A stretch of 64,000 nt of DNA from Klebsiella phage vB_KpnM_KB57: the sequence record NC_028659.1. One strand, given 5' to 3'. Shown here in pieces: positions 37,776 to 46,796 of the stretch (the stretch's first letter is position 1; every line of letters begins with the position of its first letter). Made by a program: the position numbers and the translations under genes. Under the pieces are notes generated by a model. That model was given only the letters and a program-made list of their open reading frames with translations. It was not told the origin of the DNA and searched no databases.

Positions 37776-37945
37776 ATTAAGCTAATTCAATCTCAAATAA
37801 AACGCCCATATAGCGATCATCACCTGAAAGCGTAGTAACAATTTTCATACATTCTTCAAAGGTCCAAGCCATTGTAGACCCCTGGCGAACATAAGACACA
37901 TAACCGGTTTTTGAAGTGCTTTTGATATTGTAGCGGATATTTGAC
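37776..37945 (-). CDS. hypothetical small protein (56 aa)
   Basis: AAGGT RBS then ATG at 37945 (minus); not in track; the overlapping track ORF 37845-38057 is likely spurious. Confidence 0.4.
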
Positions 37946-38049
37946 ATTTATTTACCTTCGGTTTTGCGGGTTGGTTATCTTCCCGCTCTGAAATAAATAA
38001 TAGTCGAAAACATCTGGCGAGGCAAGCGTTTTGCCTTTTCTTTACAACC

Positions 38050-38262
38050 TCATTCACTGATTAGTTTAAATTCCGCCTCAGGGTGATAAAGATCAGCCAT
38101 ATAGCGAGTTTTGTAATAGAAAGATACTTCCACAATGTGAGGCGCTTCGATTTCTATTTGTGTGATGAGGACGCTACCCGGCTTAAAGCCTGGTGCAATG
38201 TCCGGTAACTCAATGACCATTCCGCCTTTTAATTCCTTCGCTTTTACAGTTCTCATGATCAT
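38050..38262 (-). CDS. hypothetical protein
   Basis: 70-aa ORF. Confidence 0.4.
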   Translation of the reverse strand: MIMRTVKAKELKGGMVIELPDIAPGFKPGSVLITQIEIEAPHIVEVSFYYKTRYMADLYHPEAEFKLISE

Positions 38263-38492
38263 TAACCTTTTTTGCGTTTAATTACTTTTATTACTTTAAG
38301 GCCCTTTTGTTCTAAAAACTCCGGGCGGCGCAATTGTGCGGCGCTGCTACGGCTTTTCACCTTGTTAGACAACACGCCATAATAGCTACCGTCCTCATAC
38401 TGCCCGATGAAATAAAAATCATTTACGCCATATTTCTCATCTCCTGCCTTCTGGATGATTTCGGCTAACTTGTCAACACTAATATTAATCAT
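38262..38492 (-). CDS. hypothetical protein
   Basis: 76-aa ORF; hairpin GGGGCGCTAGCGCCCC just upstream of its RBS. Confidence 0.45.
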   Translation of the reverse strand: MINISVDKLAEIIQKAGDEKYGVNDFYFIGQYEDGSYYGVLSNKVKSRSSAAQLRRPEFLEQKGLKVIKVIKRKKG

Positions 38493-38539
38493 AATTGCTT
38501 TACCTCAAAGGATAACGGGGCGCTAGCGCCCCGGTTTGA

Positions 38540-38869
38540 TTATTTGTTAAGCTCTTTATATTCAGCGATCCAGCGGGTAAAAATCTTATGTTGCTTTTCT
38601 GCCGCCGCTTTTGTTCTATGTGAGATAGCGGTGATATACCAACAATCCGCAAGGCACCAACCGGAAGAATGAAAAATCCAAGGATAATTTGAATCCGCCG
38701 CTTTAAGTTTCACGATCTTCTCTTCTGGCTCGCTATGTGTGAAGGCCTCGATCTCGTTTGCTGTATACTGGCGATCCTGTCGCTTGATTCGATTTCCAAT
38801 ATGATCGAAAGTGTAGTTGTGTGATTCTAGATGATTATCCAGCATTTTAAAGAATTCTGATTTAGTCAT
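38540..38869 (-). CDS. hypothetical protein
   Basis: 109-aa ORF. Confidence 0.45.
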   Translation of the reverse strand: MTKSEFFKMLDNHLESHNYTFDHIGNRIKRQDRQYTANEIEAFTHSEPEEKIVKLKAADSNYPWIFHSSGWCLADCWYITAISHRTKAAAEKQHKIFTRWIAEYKELNK

Positions 38870-38944
38870 TGTTTTTTACCTCTTTTGATTGTTGGTGATA
38901 ACTTATCAAAAGGCGCTCATCTAAACGCCTTTTAATCTGTTAAC

Positions 38945-39304
38945 TTAGTTGCTTTCTGTAACGTCTACCCAAAGAGCTAAATCAATAACGCCTTTTTCTT
39001 TAATCTTTTGCAGGAGGCGATCAGCGCGATCAGAGCTATTGATATAATAATCAAAATCTTGTCCGGTCTCTTCGTCTGTCAGTGATTCAATTCTACCGAT
39101 AATCACACGATCAAGAGCATAAGTTTTGTTAGTGTACCAGTTAGTGAGACGAATTTCACATTTGTAATCGTCGCTCGGGCCGTCCAGGGTAACGACGTCG
39201 ATTAAATCGCCTTTGAAAACTGACAGTGACCACATCGGATCATGATCTACTACGCCGCCAAAATCTTTACCTTTAACAGTAGAATTCAGATTGATGATAG
39301 TCAT
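38945..39304 (-). CDS. hypothetical protein
   Basis: 119-aa ORF. Confidence 0.45.
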   Translation of the reverse strand: MTIINLNSTVKGKDFGGVVDHDPMWSLSVFKGDLIDVVTLDGPSDDYKCEIRLTNWYTNKTYALDRVIIGRIESLTDEETGQDFDYYINSSDRADRLLQKIKEKGVIDLALWVDVTESN

Positions 39305-39352
39305 TTTCGTTTACCTCGTTAAGTTGTTTTCGTTTGTTTGCCCTACGAGATA

Positions 39353-39382
39353 AATAATAATATAAGCGGGGATCGCTGTCAA
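39353..39382 (-). promoter_or_regulatory. promoter TTGACA-17/18-TATTAT (minus strand)
   Basis: reverse complement reads TTGACAGCGATCCCCGCTTATATTATTAT. Confidence 0.5.
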
Positions 39383-39569
39383 TAGCTCTTTACGTATCTT
39401 TACATTATTCACTTTTTGCATCTTTATGCATCGCTATGCAATTGATTTCATGGTGAAATTACTTTTTAGCTGTTTTCCCGTGTCAAGTTGTTTTTATATG
39501 GCCTTTAAACGTCCTGTAACGAGTTTTAAGCGGTTTTTCGTCCAGGCTGTACCCTAGTCCATTTTATCG

Positions 39570-39600
39570 GAGATCTCGCCATATTCACTATTTTGCATAA
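39570..39600. repeat. 31-nt intergenic element GAGATCTCGCCATATTCACTATTTTGCATAA (copy 1)
   Basis: identical 31-mer at 43250-43280; flanking ~150 bp also similar. Confidence 0.7.
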
Positions 39601-39750
39601 GATTTTAGGCGTTGTTGAGAGTAATTCTCATTACCGGAATAGCGGGCACCTCCGGTGACTTTCCTCCGGTGTCCATCGTTGCCGCTTCAAACAAAGAATA
39701 GCAAAAACCAGGACCGAAAGCAAGCCCTGGAATTGTAAAGATTTTACCTA

Positions 39751-40218
39751 TCATGCCAGGCCGGATCTCTTCGCCTTTGCAATGTCGGAATATAATTTTC
39801 TAAAGTATGCCGGGCCTCGCTCGTTTACTCTTACATATTCATCACGCGCCGCCACCTGGAGATCGTCGGGTAATAATCCATGATAACCACTGTTAACAAT
39901 AGCGATCCGTTTTTTGTTGCAATCATAGTAGACATATGATCCATCGGCTAGATAAATTGTGCAATTCTGCCGGATGTAGGGGATCAAATAAGCCTCGCCC
40001 TGGTGCCGGATTTTGTAAAGCGCCATTTGTCCATTGTAGATCCGGCGGACGTGATAGGGGTCATTAATTGCCCGGTGAATGTTTTCCTTCCAGGCGTTGC
40101 GAGCGTTGCCAACATTACGGATCAGCGCTTCCACCTCGGGGATCACCACGTTAGCGCGGGCGGCGGCTTTTGCCTGGTCTGATAATTCATCGTAATAAAA
40201 CATTCGTACACTAATCAT
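39751..40218 (-). CDS. hypothetical protein
   Basis: 155-aa ORF. Confidence 0.45.
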   Translation of the reverse strand: MISVRMFYYDELSDQAKAAARANVVIPEVEALIRNVGNARNAWKENIHRAINDPYHVRRIYNGQMALYKIRHQGEAYLIPYIRQNCTIYLADGSYVYYDCNKKRIAIVNSGYHGLLPDDLQVAARDEYVRVNERGPAYFRKLYSDIAKAKRSGLA

Positions 40219-40359
40219 TTTTGATTCCTATAAACGGAAAATGTGGGAGGTCGGCGGGGCGAAGGTGCTGACTTCGAACCCACTCGCCAGACATGAGGAC
40301 CAGGACACGGGAACCCCGCCAGCGGTATCGATTCCCGTTTAAAACGTTGACGTAAATGA

Positions 40360-40587
40360 TCATGCGCCGTAAAGGCCATCACCATCAAAATCATCCTGAA
40401 AAAATGACAGATATTCGAAAAACTCGAATTCCATCGCTACCGTATGTTTTACCAGATCGGTGTTTGCATATTCAGCGGGTGATAACCGGATCGGCGCGTC
40501 ACTATATAGGTCAGTAAGTTCGATGTATTCACCGACTTTTTGAGCGGTCACCGTGTTTTTCTTGTTGTTAAAAATTACTGTTTTCAT
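40360..40587 (-). CDS. hypothetical protein
   Basis: 75-aa ORF preceded by a hairpin-SD cassette. Confidence 0.45.
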   Translation of the reverse strand: MKTVIFNNKKNTVTAQKVGEYIELTDLYSDAPIRLSPAEYANTDLVKHTVAMEFEFFEYLSFFQDDFDGDGLYGA

Positions 40588-40640
40588 GGTTTACCTTCCA
40601 GGTTATGCCGGGGACGTTCCCCGGCTTGTCGGCGAGTGTA

Positions 40641-40901
40641 TTAGAGCGCTTTTTCGATATCACTTAAAATCTTTTTGGCCAGGTCATAGCCTACATTCAG
40701 ATCCCGCGTGATATCCTCGGCTAACAGTTTACGGCCTACGTTGCCGAAACTTAGCATTCTTTTAACTTCCGGTAAACACTTACCCCAATAATTATAACAG
40801 GAGTTACCGATATATTTTGAATAAAACGCGTTATCGTTGCGAACTCCACCCAAAACAGCGACATTAACAGAGATAACGTGTTTAAAATTGTGCTTTTCCA
40901 T
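40641..40901 (-). CDS. hypothetical protein
   Basis: 86-aa ORF. Confidence 0.45.
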   Translation of the reverse strand: MEKHNFKHVISVNVAVLGGVRNDNAFYSKYIGNSCYNYWGKCLPEVKRMLSFGNVGRKLLAEDITRDLNVGYDLAKKILSDIEKAL

Positions 40902-41247
40902 TTTGGTTTACCTTTTCGGCTTGCCGGGGAGGTATTCCCCGGCCTCAAAAAGATATTAACCGATCCGCGACTGGCTTGCAAGCGTTTTTATTTAATAATT
41001 ACGCCCACGTTTTAGCATAAGAAAACAGGTCAGAGACATAGCCGCGATAGCCGCCGGGGCGTTTTGCCTTTGCGTTGCGATACCATGCGACAATTACAGA
41101 TCCGCCGCTTGTCACGCCACCAAAAAACCTTTCATCTCCGCTTCGCCAGCTTCCACCCATTGCCCACGCTGTAAAGTTTTAGGATCTACGTTGTCGGCCA
41201 AAATGTTAACAGTTTTTTGATATTTAGCCATCTTTTATTTACCCCAA

Positions 41248-41571
41248 TTAGTTAGCACGGAAAACATCGTTAACAATAGCCGTTGTAAACATCCAGACTA
41301 GATCCGGGGTAGTTATAGGCAGGCTGTCAGCCTGTTTTATTGTTACTCCGCTTCTTTCAAGCGTGTAGGCGATAAAATGACGGTTTTCAAGTTTCCCGCT
41401 ATGGGATTGAATGGATTTTTCAGTGCGGATCAGGACAGTTAAACGGTCAGTTTGTTCGCTGTCATTCTCATGACAAAATACTAACATGGTTTTTTCACCC
41501 TGGCGATTAAAGTCGCAATTAACATTATCGTTAACATTTTCCAGAAAGAAAAATTTGTTTGCCTTTTCCAT
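41248..41571 (-). CDS. hypothetical protein
   Basis: 107-aa ORF. Confidence 0.45.
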   Translation of the reverse strand: MEKANKFFFLENVNDNVNCDFNRQGEKTMLVFCHENDSEQTDRLTVLIRTEKSIQSHSGKLENRHFIAYTLERSGVTIKQADSLPITTPDLVWMFTTAIVNDVFRAN

Positions 41572-41642
41572 ACTATTTTACCTTTTTGTTAGTGGGCCAA
41601 TCTTGCCCGGTCCAAGTAATATAACCTAACCGGGCCGGGGGA

Positions 41643-41846
41643 TCAATGATTATTTTCGCTTTCCGGCATCGGTTCGACTTCCGGCGATGGTATGCAGGCC
41701 GGATTAATCCAGCGCCCCTGGCGCTGATAGTCGACGGCGACGATCTCGCAAGTCAATTGATCATCATAGCTTTCTACTACATAATCATCACACTGTTTTA
41801 AAGCCAGCGCACCATAAAAGCACATACCCGCGAATACTTCAAACAT
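41643..41846 (-). CDS. hypothetical Cys-containing protein
   Basis: 67-aa ORF. Confidence 0.4.
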   Translation of the reverse strand: MFEVFAGMCFYGALALKQCDDYVVESYDDQLTCEIVAVDYQRQGRWINPACIPSPEVEPMPESENNH

Positions 41847-41856
41847 GATCGTTACC

Positions 41857-42099
41857 TTACTTTTTGAGGGTGAGAATAGGGCGCTTATCGCCTTCTTTAA
41901 CGCCGGGGTCTAACTCATCGCAGATCCCGATCTGCTCGCCTTTGCCTAACGTGTATTCGTTTTCGTACACGTTGCAAGCCTGTTCCGTGGGGAATGTTTT
42001 TTTAACATTCCAATCACATTGTAATGCCATCGAACTAACAGAAATATGACAAGCCAATATAATAAATCCAAACATGGTAGCCGCCTTAATGGGGCGCAA
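41857..42099 (-). CDS. small secreted protein
   Basis: N-terminal signal-like hydrophobic segment. Confidence 0.45.
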   Translation of the reverse strand: MRPIKAATMFGFIILACHISVSSMALQCDWNVKKTFPTEQACNVYENEYTLGKGEQIGICDELDPGVKEGDKRPILTLKK

Positions 42100-42113
42100 G
42101 GCCCCGCTATTGA

Positions 42114-42473
42114 TTATTTGTTGATCTGGTTTGTCTGATTATAGATCCCATATTGAACACGGGACACGGTAACAGATTGAGGGAGTAAGCAACGAACACG
42201 ATCCGCGCGGTTGTCATATTTTTTGATATGCGCCGGAGTATTGTTGCGGGTAAACTTCACGCGTAAACGTAATTTATTGGGATCGCGATCATCGATTCCG
42301 GTTACCACGCCAAAAGCGATTTGACCATAGTTATGATACACCATTTTACCCAGGAATTTTGATTCAAGATCGGCGATGTTAGATTTTACGTTTTGCATGT
42401 TATTTACCTTTTGGTTATTTGTTTCACTTGTCAATGTCTGGGAATTGTAAGCCCAGACATTAACCAGTGTCAA
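42114..42473 (-). CDS. hypothetical protein
   Basis: 119-aa ORF. Confidence 0.45.
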   Translation of the reverse strand: MTLVNVWAYNSQTLTSETNNQKVNNMQNVKSNIADLESKFLGKMVYHNYGQIAFGVVTGIDDRDPNKLRLRVKFTRNNTPAHIKKYDNRADRVRCLLPQSVTVSRVQYGIYNQTNQINK

Positions 42474-42476
42474 CTG

Positions 42477-42728
42477 TTATTTTACGCGTTTAACCAATTC
42501 CCAGACACTGGCCGCCTCTTTACTGTTAAAGTATTGATCCCACCAAGAAAAATCATTAACAGCAAGAGCATATTTTTCGGCGCTTTCTGCCGTGTTAAAA
42601 ACTTCGGGTGAGTACCTGCAATTACCTTTTTCATCCGTGATCAACACGTCATAAGTTCCGTCCCCAAAATCCGAGGAGATATCACGAATAACGATACCAG
42701 GTTTTTTGATTTCATTTACAATTGTCAT
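42477..42728 (-). CDS. hypothetical protein
   Basis: 83-aa ORF. Confidence 0.45.
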   Translation of the reverse strand: MTIVNEIKKPGIVIRDISSDFGDGTYDVLITDEKGNCRYSPEVFNTAESAEKYALAVNDFSWWDQYFNSKEAASVWELVKRVK

Positions 42729-42816
42729 ATCTTTACCTTCCAGCTAGTGGCGGGACCTATTCCCGCCTTATTGAGAATAATAGGCCTTTTTGTCAACAAT
42801 TAAAGACAAAATTTTT

Positions 42817-43014
42817 CTAGTTCTGACTCACGAAAAAGGAAATTATCCAGCCCTTTGCCACATTTGAGCACTCAAAAATCCATTTACCATTTGAATCTTT
42901 CCAAGCGCGATTAATCCCAACATAACAACAAAATTCAGAACTATAGGCCGTTTTATACATGTTTTGCTTTTCCATAGTGTTTACCTTTTTCAGTGTGGCG
43001 GTGAATTCCGCCAC
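42817..43014 (-). CDS. hypothetical Cys-rich protein
   Basis: 65-aa ORF. Confidence 0.4.
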   Translation of the reverse strand: MAEFTATLKKVNTMEKQNMYKTAYSSEFCCYVGINRAWKDSNGKWIFECSNVAKGWIISFFVSQN

Positions 43015-43249
43015 TGATTAAAGGATAGCATAACGCCGCCAGGATGCAACAAATATTTTTAAGAATTGTTGAGAACTGTTCTCATATGCAGTGATGTGCA
43101 TAGAAAATCGCTGTTATGCAATTAGTTTCAACCGGTAACTAAATTTGTGGCGTTTTTAGCGGGGCGCGGTTATCGGATACCATCTAAAACGCCCTCAAAT
43201 CGATTCTAAGCGCTTCAATGTGTAACCCTGGTAAGTGCATTGCTGCGCT

Positions 43250-43280
43250 GAGATCTCGCCATATTCACTATTTTGCATAA
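43250..43280. repeat. 31-nt intergenic element (copy 2)
   Basis: identical to 39570-39600; abuts the terminator hairpin 43288-43306. Confidence 0.7.
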
Positions 43281-43287
43281 AAAAGCC

Positions 43288-43306
43288 GGGGAATTATCCC
43301 CGGCCT
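43288..43306 (-). terminator. intrinsic terminator
   Basis: GCCGGGGATAATTCCCCGGC plus TTTTTT on the minus strand. Confidence 0.65.
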
Positions 43307-43308
43307 GG

Positions 43309-43524
43309 TTATTCACCTGCTACGGCGTATCGCTGCAAATTACGTTTACGATCCGCAAGGCGTTTATTCAACTTCGGATCATACTGGTCCGGCGACCATT
43401 GAACCGCGATCCGTTCCGGCTTATGCCGTTTGTTGTTACGCTCGCGCCGTTCATTAGTCTCACCAAAAGCAAGGCGATCGCGCTGGCTTGTCATCTTCTC
43501 AAAGTTGCGGCTTTTTGCTGTCAT
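43309..43524 (-). CDS. small basic protein
   Basis: 71 aa, Arg/Lys-rich. Confidence 0.45.
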   Translation of the reverse strand: MTAKSRNFEKMTSQRDRLAFGETNERRERNNKRHKPERIAVQWSPDQYDPKLNKRLADRKRNLQRYAVAGE

Positions 43525-43861
43525 ATCTTGATCCCCTGTGGTTGTATGTTTCCGCTCGCCATTCCGCGATCTGTTTTTTGCGATATTCGATCAGCTCTTC
43601 GATGTAGTCGAAGGATCCCTCTTTATGTACCAGGACCACGCCGCCCCGGTGTTTAATCTCACAAATCAGGCCGCTACCCTCCAAATCATTTAACGGCCCG
43701 GATCGCCTGGTGTGGTACTCCTCCCCCTGGAAGCGATATTCTATATAGTGGAACATTGTTTTAACCCTGTACCAGTAGTAAAACCATTTTACAACACGCC
43801 AGATCCTGGCGTGAATTTTTGCATAATAACAAAATATGAGTAGAATCAAAAATTCTTTCAT
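43499..43861 (-). CDS. hypothetical protein
   Basis: start coupled to the upstream stop; an internal ATG (43756) is an alternative. Confidence 0.35.
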   Translation of the reverse strand: MKEFLILLIFCYYAKIHARIWRVVKWFYYWYRVKTMFHYIEYRFQGEEYHTRRSGPLNDLEGSGLICEIKHRGGVVLVHKEGSFDYIEELIEYRKKQIAEWRAETYNHRGSRYDSKKPQL

Positions 43862-43862
43862 A

Positions 43863-44258
43863 TTACGCGGCGCTGTTTTTAAATGGCTTATCCCACGATC
43901 CGAACTGTAGATCGATATAGTGACCTACATTAAAATAGTCTGTCATGATGTCGCTTCTATCATAATTATCAGTGTTTAGCGCGTTGATGATTTTTTCAAG
44001 CGTTGCGGTGAACTCTTTATCACTCGAATAAGTATGAGCATGATAATGGTTAATATTGATATATGTAAAGCCGTCCGGGTATCCTTCTTTAACTGATTTA
44101 TGATCCATTTTAGACACAAGATCAAACGGCCCGGATCGGATAGTGCAAACAATAGTTGAATAGTGACGGATCGCAAATGTTGCTTTCCAACCTTTTGGCA
44201 ATACAGCTTTTACCGCTTCGACAATTTTCGCTTTCTTCTCTTTATTCATGTAGGCCAT
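43863..44258 (-). CDS. hypothetical protein
   Basis: 131-aa ORF. Confidence 0.45.
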   Translation of the reverse strand: MAYMNKEKKAKIVEAVKAVLPKGWKATFAIRHYSTIVCTIRSGPFDLVSKMDHKSVKEGYPDGFTYININHYHAHTYSSDKEFTATLEKIINALNTDNYDRSDIMTDYFNVGHYIDLQFGSWDKPFKNSAA

Positions 44259-44317
44259 TTTGTTTACCTTTTAGGTTATGCCGGGGACAATTCCCCGGCT
44301 TTAATCAGTATAGCGGT

Positions 44318-44830
44318 TTAAAGAATCTTTGCAACGTCTTTATAAGACCATGCAAAAAGAGAATTTTGTTTACCTGGTGCAACTTCCGCCAGACGTCCAG
44401 CAAATCGGGCGCGGTTATGCGGGAACTCAAAGACTACCACGCGCCCGGATATCATTTCCACGCGATCACCATTTTTCAGGATCTTGATCCGATCAATCAA
44501 TGCTTTTTGCTCTTTTTTGTATTTAGCATGTTGACGGCAAGCGGCGCGCCAATTAACGGAAAATTCATCTTTTTGCATGGATCGCTTAAGGAATTTTTCA
44601 GGACAGTTGTAATAACACGGGCCGCAAGATTCATCCATGTCTTTATAAAAAACCATACCATCTTTACGGGAAAGAATTGTAACACGAATGTAAAGACTTT
44701 CATCTTTCGCCCTTGCAAGCTGATAAACTTCATTGCCTACAATAGAAGTTTCGATCACGCGGTTATCAGTCAGATAATTTTCAACAAATTTTTTGTTATT
44801 AAGATTAGAATAAATGCCAGTCCAGCCCAT
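44318..44830 (-). CDS. hypothetical protein
   Basis: 170-aa ORF. Confidence 0.45.
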   Translation of the reverse strand: MGWTGIYSNLNNKKFVENYLTDNRVIETSIVGNEVYQLARAKDESLYIRVTILSRKDGMVFYKDMDESCGPCYYNCPEKFLKRSMQKDEFSVNWRAACRQHAKYKKEQKALIDRIKILKNGDRVEMISGRVVVFEFPHNRARFAGRLAEVAPGKQNSLFAWSYKDVAKIL

Positions 44831-44873
44831 GATATTTTACCTCGTTTAGTGTTTAGTTTGTTGGTGCCTGGTA

Positions 44874-44903
44874 ATTATAGGCCCTTTCCGGGCCTGGTGT
44901 CAA
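44874..44903 (-). promoter_or_regulatory. promoter TTGACA-18-TATAAT with a GC hairpin inside the spacer
   Basis: reverse complement reads TTGACACCAGGCCCGGAAAGGGCCTATAAT. Confidence 0.55.
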
Positions 44904-45685
44904 ATGATACGTTCGAATTTATCGAATCTTTTTGCGGATCTGCCGTGAACGTCGATCACGACGTTGGCGCGTTTACCATCGCATAAGCCGCAATCTAAGC
45001 AGCTAATATTGTGAGTGGTATTAACGCAAGTGATCTCCCCTTCCAGGCGTCGCATGTTGGGAGTTTTCACGCGAAAAGTTTTATAACCCTTGCGCCATGC
45101 TGTGATCGCTTGCTTTTCCGTATCAGCGGAGATCTGGCAAATGGTAGCGATCCGATGGTCAAAATTTTTATGGTGGATCTGGTGAGTGTACCCCGTGTTA
45201 CCTTGCGTATGGTTGATCATGTTTTGCCATACCTCAAAAGGGACCGCCGCCGGATCACCGTAGGAACCTAAACGGATATAACGCCCCGCAAAATGTACCA
45301 GATCGCGAGAATCAAGATCTTTATAGTTGCCTTTTTTGTAAGACTTCCAGACTGACAGTGGGGCCTGGTGTAACGTCACATAACAAGCGCCGTTTAAGCT
45401 GGTACGATGGGGACACATACCGCAAACGGATGAATCAAGTTTTTTCGCGCTTGCTTCCAGTGGGCTAACATCTTCTCGCATGATCCAGGTTTGAACCATG
45501 TCGCCTGTTTTATCGTTAGCGGTTGACATTGTAGCAATGACCACGATCGGGGCCTTATCCAGAACTGACGGGCCTTTATATAATACATAACCCTTTTTTG
45601 CTGTGGATTTTTTACCCGGTACACTATGCACGATCTCGGATTCTGAGTTGACAACCAGACCATTATTAAGTTTAAACGTAGACAT
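44900..45685 (-). CDS. hypothetical protein (261 aa)
   Basis: GAGGT RBS; largest gene of the cassette. Confidence 0.5.
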   Translation of the reverse strand: MSTFKLNNGLVVNSESEIVHSVPGKKSTAKKGYVLYKGPSVLDKAPIVVIATMSTANDKTGDMVQTWIMREDVSPLEASAKKLDSSVCGMCPHRTSLNGACYVTLHQAPLSVWKSYKKGNYKDLDSRDLVHFAGRYIRLGSYGDPAAVPFEVWQNMINHTQGNTGYTHQIHHKNFDHRIATICQISADTEKQAITAWRKGYKTFRVKTPNMRRLEGEITCVNTTHNISCLDCGLCDGKRANVVIDVHGRSAKRFDKFERII

Positions 45686-45778
45686 TGCTTTTTACCTCGA
45701 TTTATCGCGGCCCTTGCCGCCTGAGAAAACACTTTATCAAAGGCGCTAACTGAAAGCAAGCGCCCAGGATAAAATATT

Positions 45779-45946
45779 TTATTTAGCCAGGGATAAGGTT
45801 TTGCCGTGGTTGATCCCAGGGATAACCCATTGCCCGGCGCCATCTTTAACAGGTTGACGTAAACGCGCCGCCGTGGTTACCTTGCTGTTAACATTACGGG
45901 CAAAAGCGCGGGCCTGGTCACGGGTAGTAAAAGAAATGTTTTTCAT
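45779..45946 (-). CDS. hypothetical small protein (55 aa)
   Basis: AAGAGG RBS then ATG at 45946 (minus); not in track; the overlapping track ORF 45394-45843 is likely spurious. Confidence 0.35.
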   Translation of the reverse strand: MKNISFTTRDQARAFARNVNSKVTTAARLRQPVKDGAGQWVIPGINHGKTLSLAK

Positions 45947-46173
45947 GTTGTAGCCTCTTCAGTAGTGTAATTTTGTTTTGCCCTGGATTTTGGAGATCCT
46001 CACCTTTCCGGGCCAGATTGAATCCTCATCACTTGCGCTTTACTCCACGCCCCACTATTTCAACCGGGGGCCTTGGATTCACCCCGCCCCGGTGAGATGA
46101 ATATTAAGTGATAGCGATCCCCGCGTCAATCCCCTGGATGAAAATAAATTAAAAATATTTTGTTCGTGTGGGC

Positions 46174-46204
46174 TTGCGCCCCGGCCTGGTTAGTATACTA
46201 TATA
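46174..46204 (+). promoter_or_regulatory. promoter with GC-rich spacer (TTGCGC ... TATACT/TATATA)
   Basis: shares the spacer core GCCCCGGCCTGG with the promoter at 46439. Confidence 0.4.
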
Positions 46205-46232
46205 AGAACGCCCACAAATAAAGGTAAACGAA

Positions 46233-46418
46233 ATGGAAAACGGAAAAGTGATAACGAGTGAAACAATGGTTACCCTTTCCACCTGGGAAACGGAAAGCGC
46301 AGCGCCCCAGGTTAGGATCGTGCCTTTACCCTTCGCGTTGAAAATGTATAATGCAGGATTTACCAGGGGGAGAATTGTTGCGGAAAATGGAGAAGTGATC
46401 GCGGACTCCTGGGAGTAA
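46233..46418 (+). CDS. hypothetical protein
   Basis: AAAGGTAAAC RBS then ATG 46233. Confidence 0.45.
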   Translation: MENGKVITSETMVTLSTWETESAAPQVRIVPLPFALKMYNAGFTRGRIVAENGEVIADSWE

Positions 46419-46438
46419 AAAATATTTTATCGCGGGGC

Positions 46439-46467
46439 TTGCAAACGGCCCCGGCCTGGATTATATT
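46439..46467 (+). promoter_or_regulatory. promoter TTGCAA-17-TATATT; no ORF downstream
   Basis: spacer ACGGCCCCGGCCTGGAT. Confidence 0.5.
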
Positions 46468-46695
46468 TATCAGACAGAAGAGGAAACGCCACCCCACGGC
46501 GAAAAGGCGGGGCTAACATACCAGGCGCGGAGACCTGGTTGGAAGGTGGATCGCTGGTAGCTCGCCTTGAATAGTTTTGTAAAGAATTGTAAAGACGCTT
46601 GCAACCTGGGGCCGTGTATCCTATATTATACACATAGCGGGAACATTGAAACCGGAGTACAAAACACCGGGGGTACCTGTCATTCAGCAAATGAG

Positions 46696-46738
46696 AATGA
46701 TTATCATTCAAATAACTAAATAAGAATGCTTATCATTC
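46696..46738. repeat. twin 15-bp palindromes GAATGATTATCATTC / GAATGCTTATCATTC (Fur-box-like)
   Basis: 46696-46710 and 46724-46738; core AATGATnATCATT. Confidence 0.6.
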
Positions 46739-46755
46739 AACAAAAAATTTAAATA

Positions 46756-46784
46756 TTGACTTCTGATTTTTCATGTGAGATACT
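46756..46784 (+). promoter_or_regulatory. promoter TTGACT-17-GATACT
   Basis: just downstream of the twin palindromes. Confidence 0.45.
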
Positions 46785-46796
46785 GAACGATACCCA

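Noticed and set aside
37845-38057. 70-aa minus ORF from the track
   Set aside because: It overlaps a better-supported 56-aa ORF (37776-37945), which has an RBS and is followed by a perfect intrinsic terminator. No RBS precedes the track ORF.
40253-40320. 68-nt element closed by a 7-bp GC stem (GGCGGGG...CCCCGCC) with an internal 5-bp hairpin, initially suspected to be a tRNA
   Set aside because: No D-arm, no anticodon arm and no T-loop GTTCRANYC consensus could be folded on either strand. More likely a structured terminator or RNA element. No convincing tRNA was found anywhere in the window.
45394-45843. 149-aa minus ORF from the track
   Set aside because: It overlaps the well-supported 261-aa gene (44900-45685) in another frame and crosses a terminator hairpin. 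It has odd composition and no RBS. A 55-aa ORF with RBS (45779-45946) is more plausible in this space.
46696-46738. Interpretation as genuine host Fur boxes
   Set aside because: The match to the Fur consensus is by eye (one core mismatch), and similar AATGA...TCATT palindromes recur in the left non-coding region. They may instead be operators of a phage regulator. Kept as a finding but not asserted.
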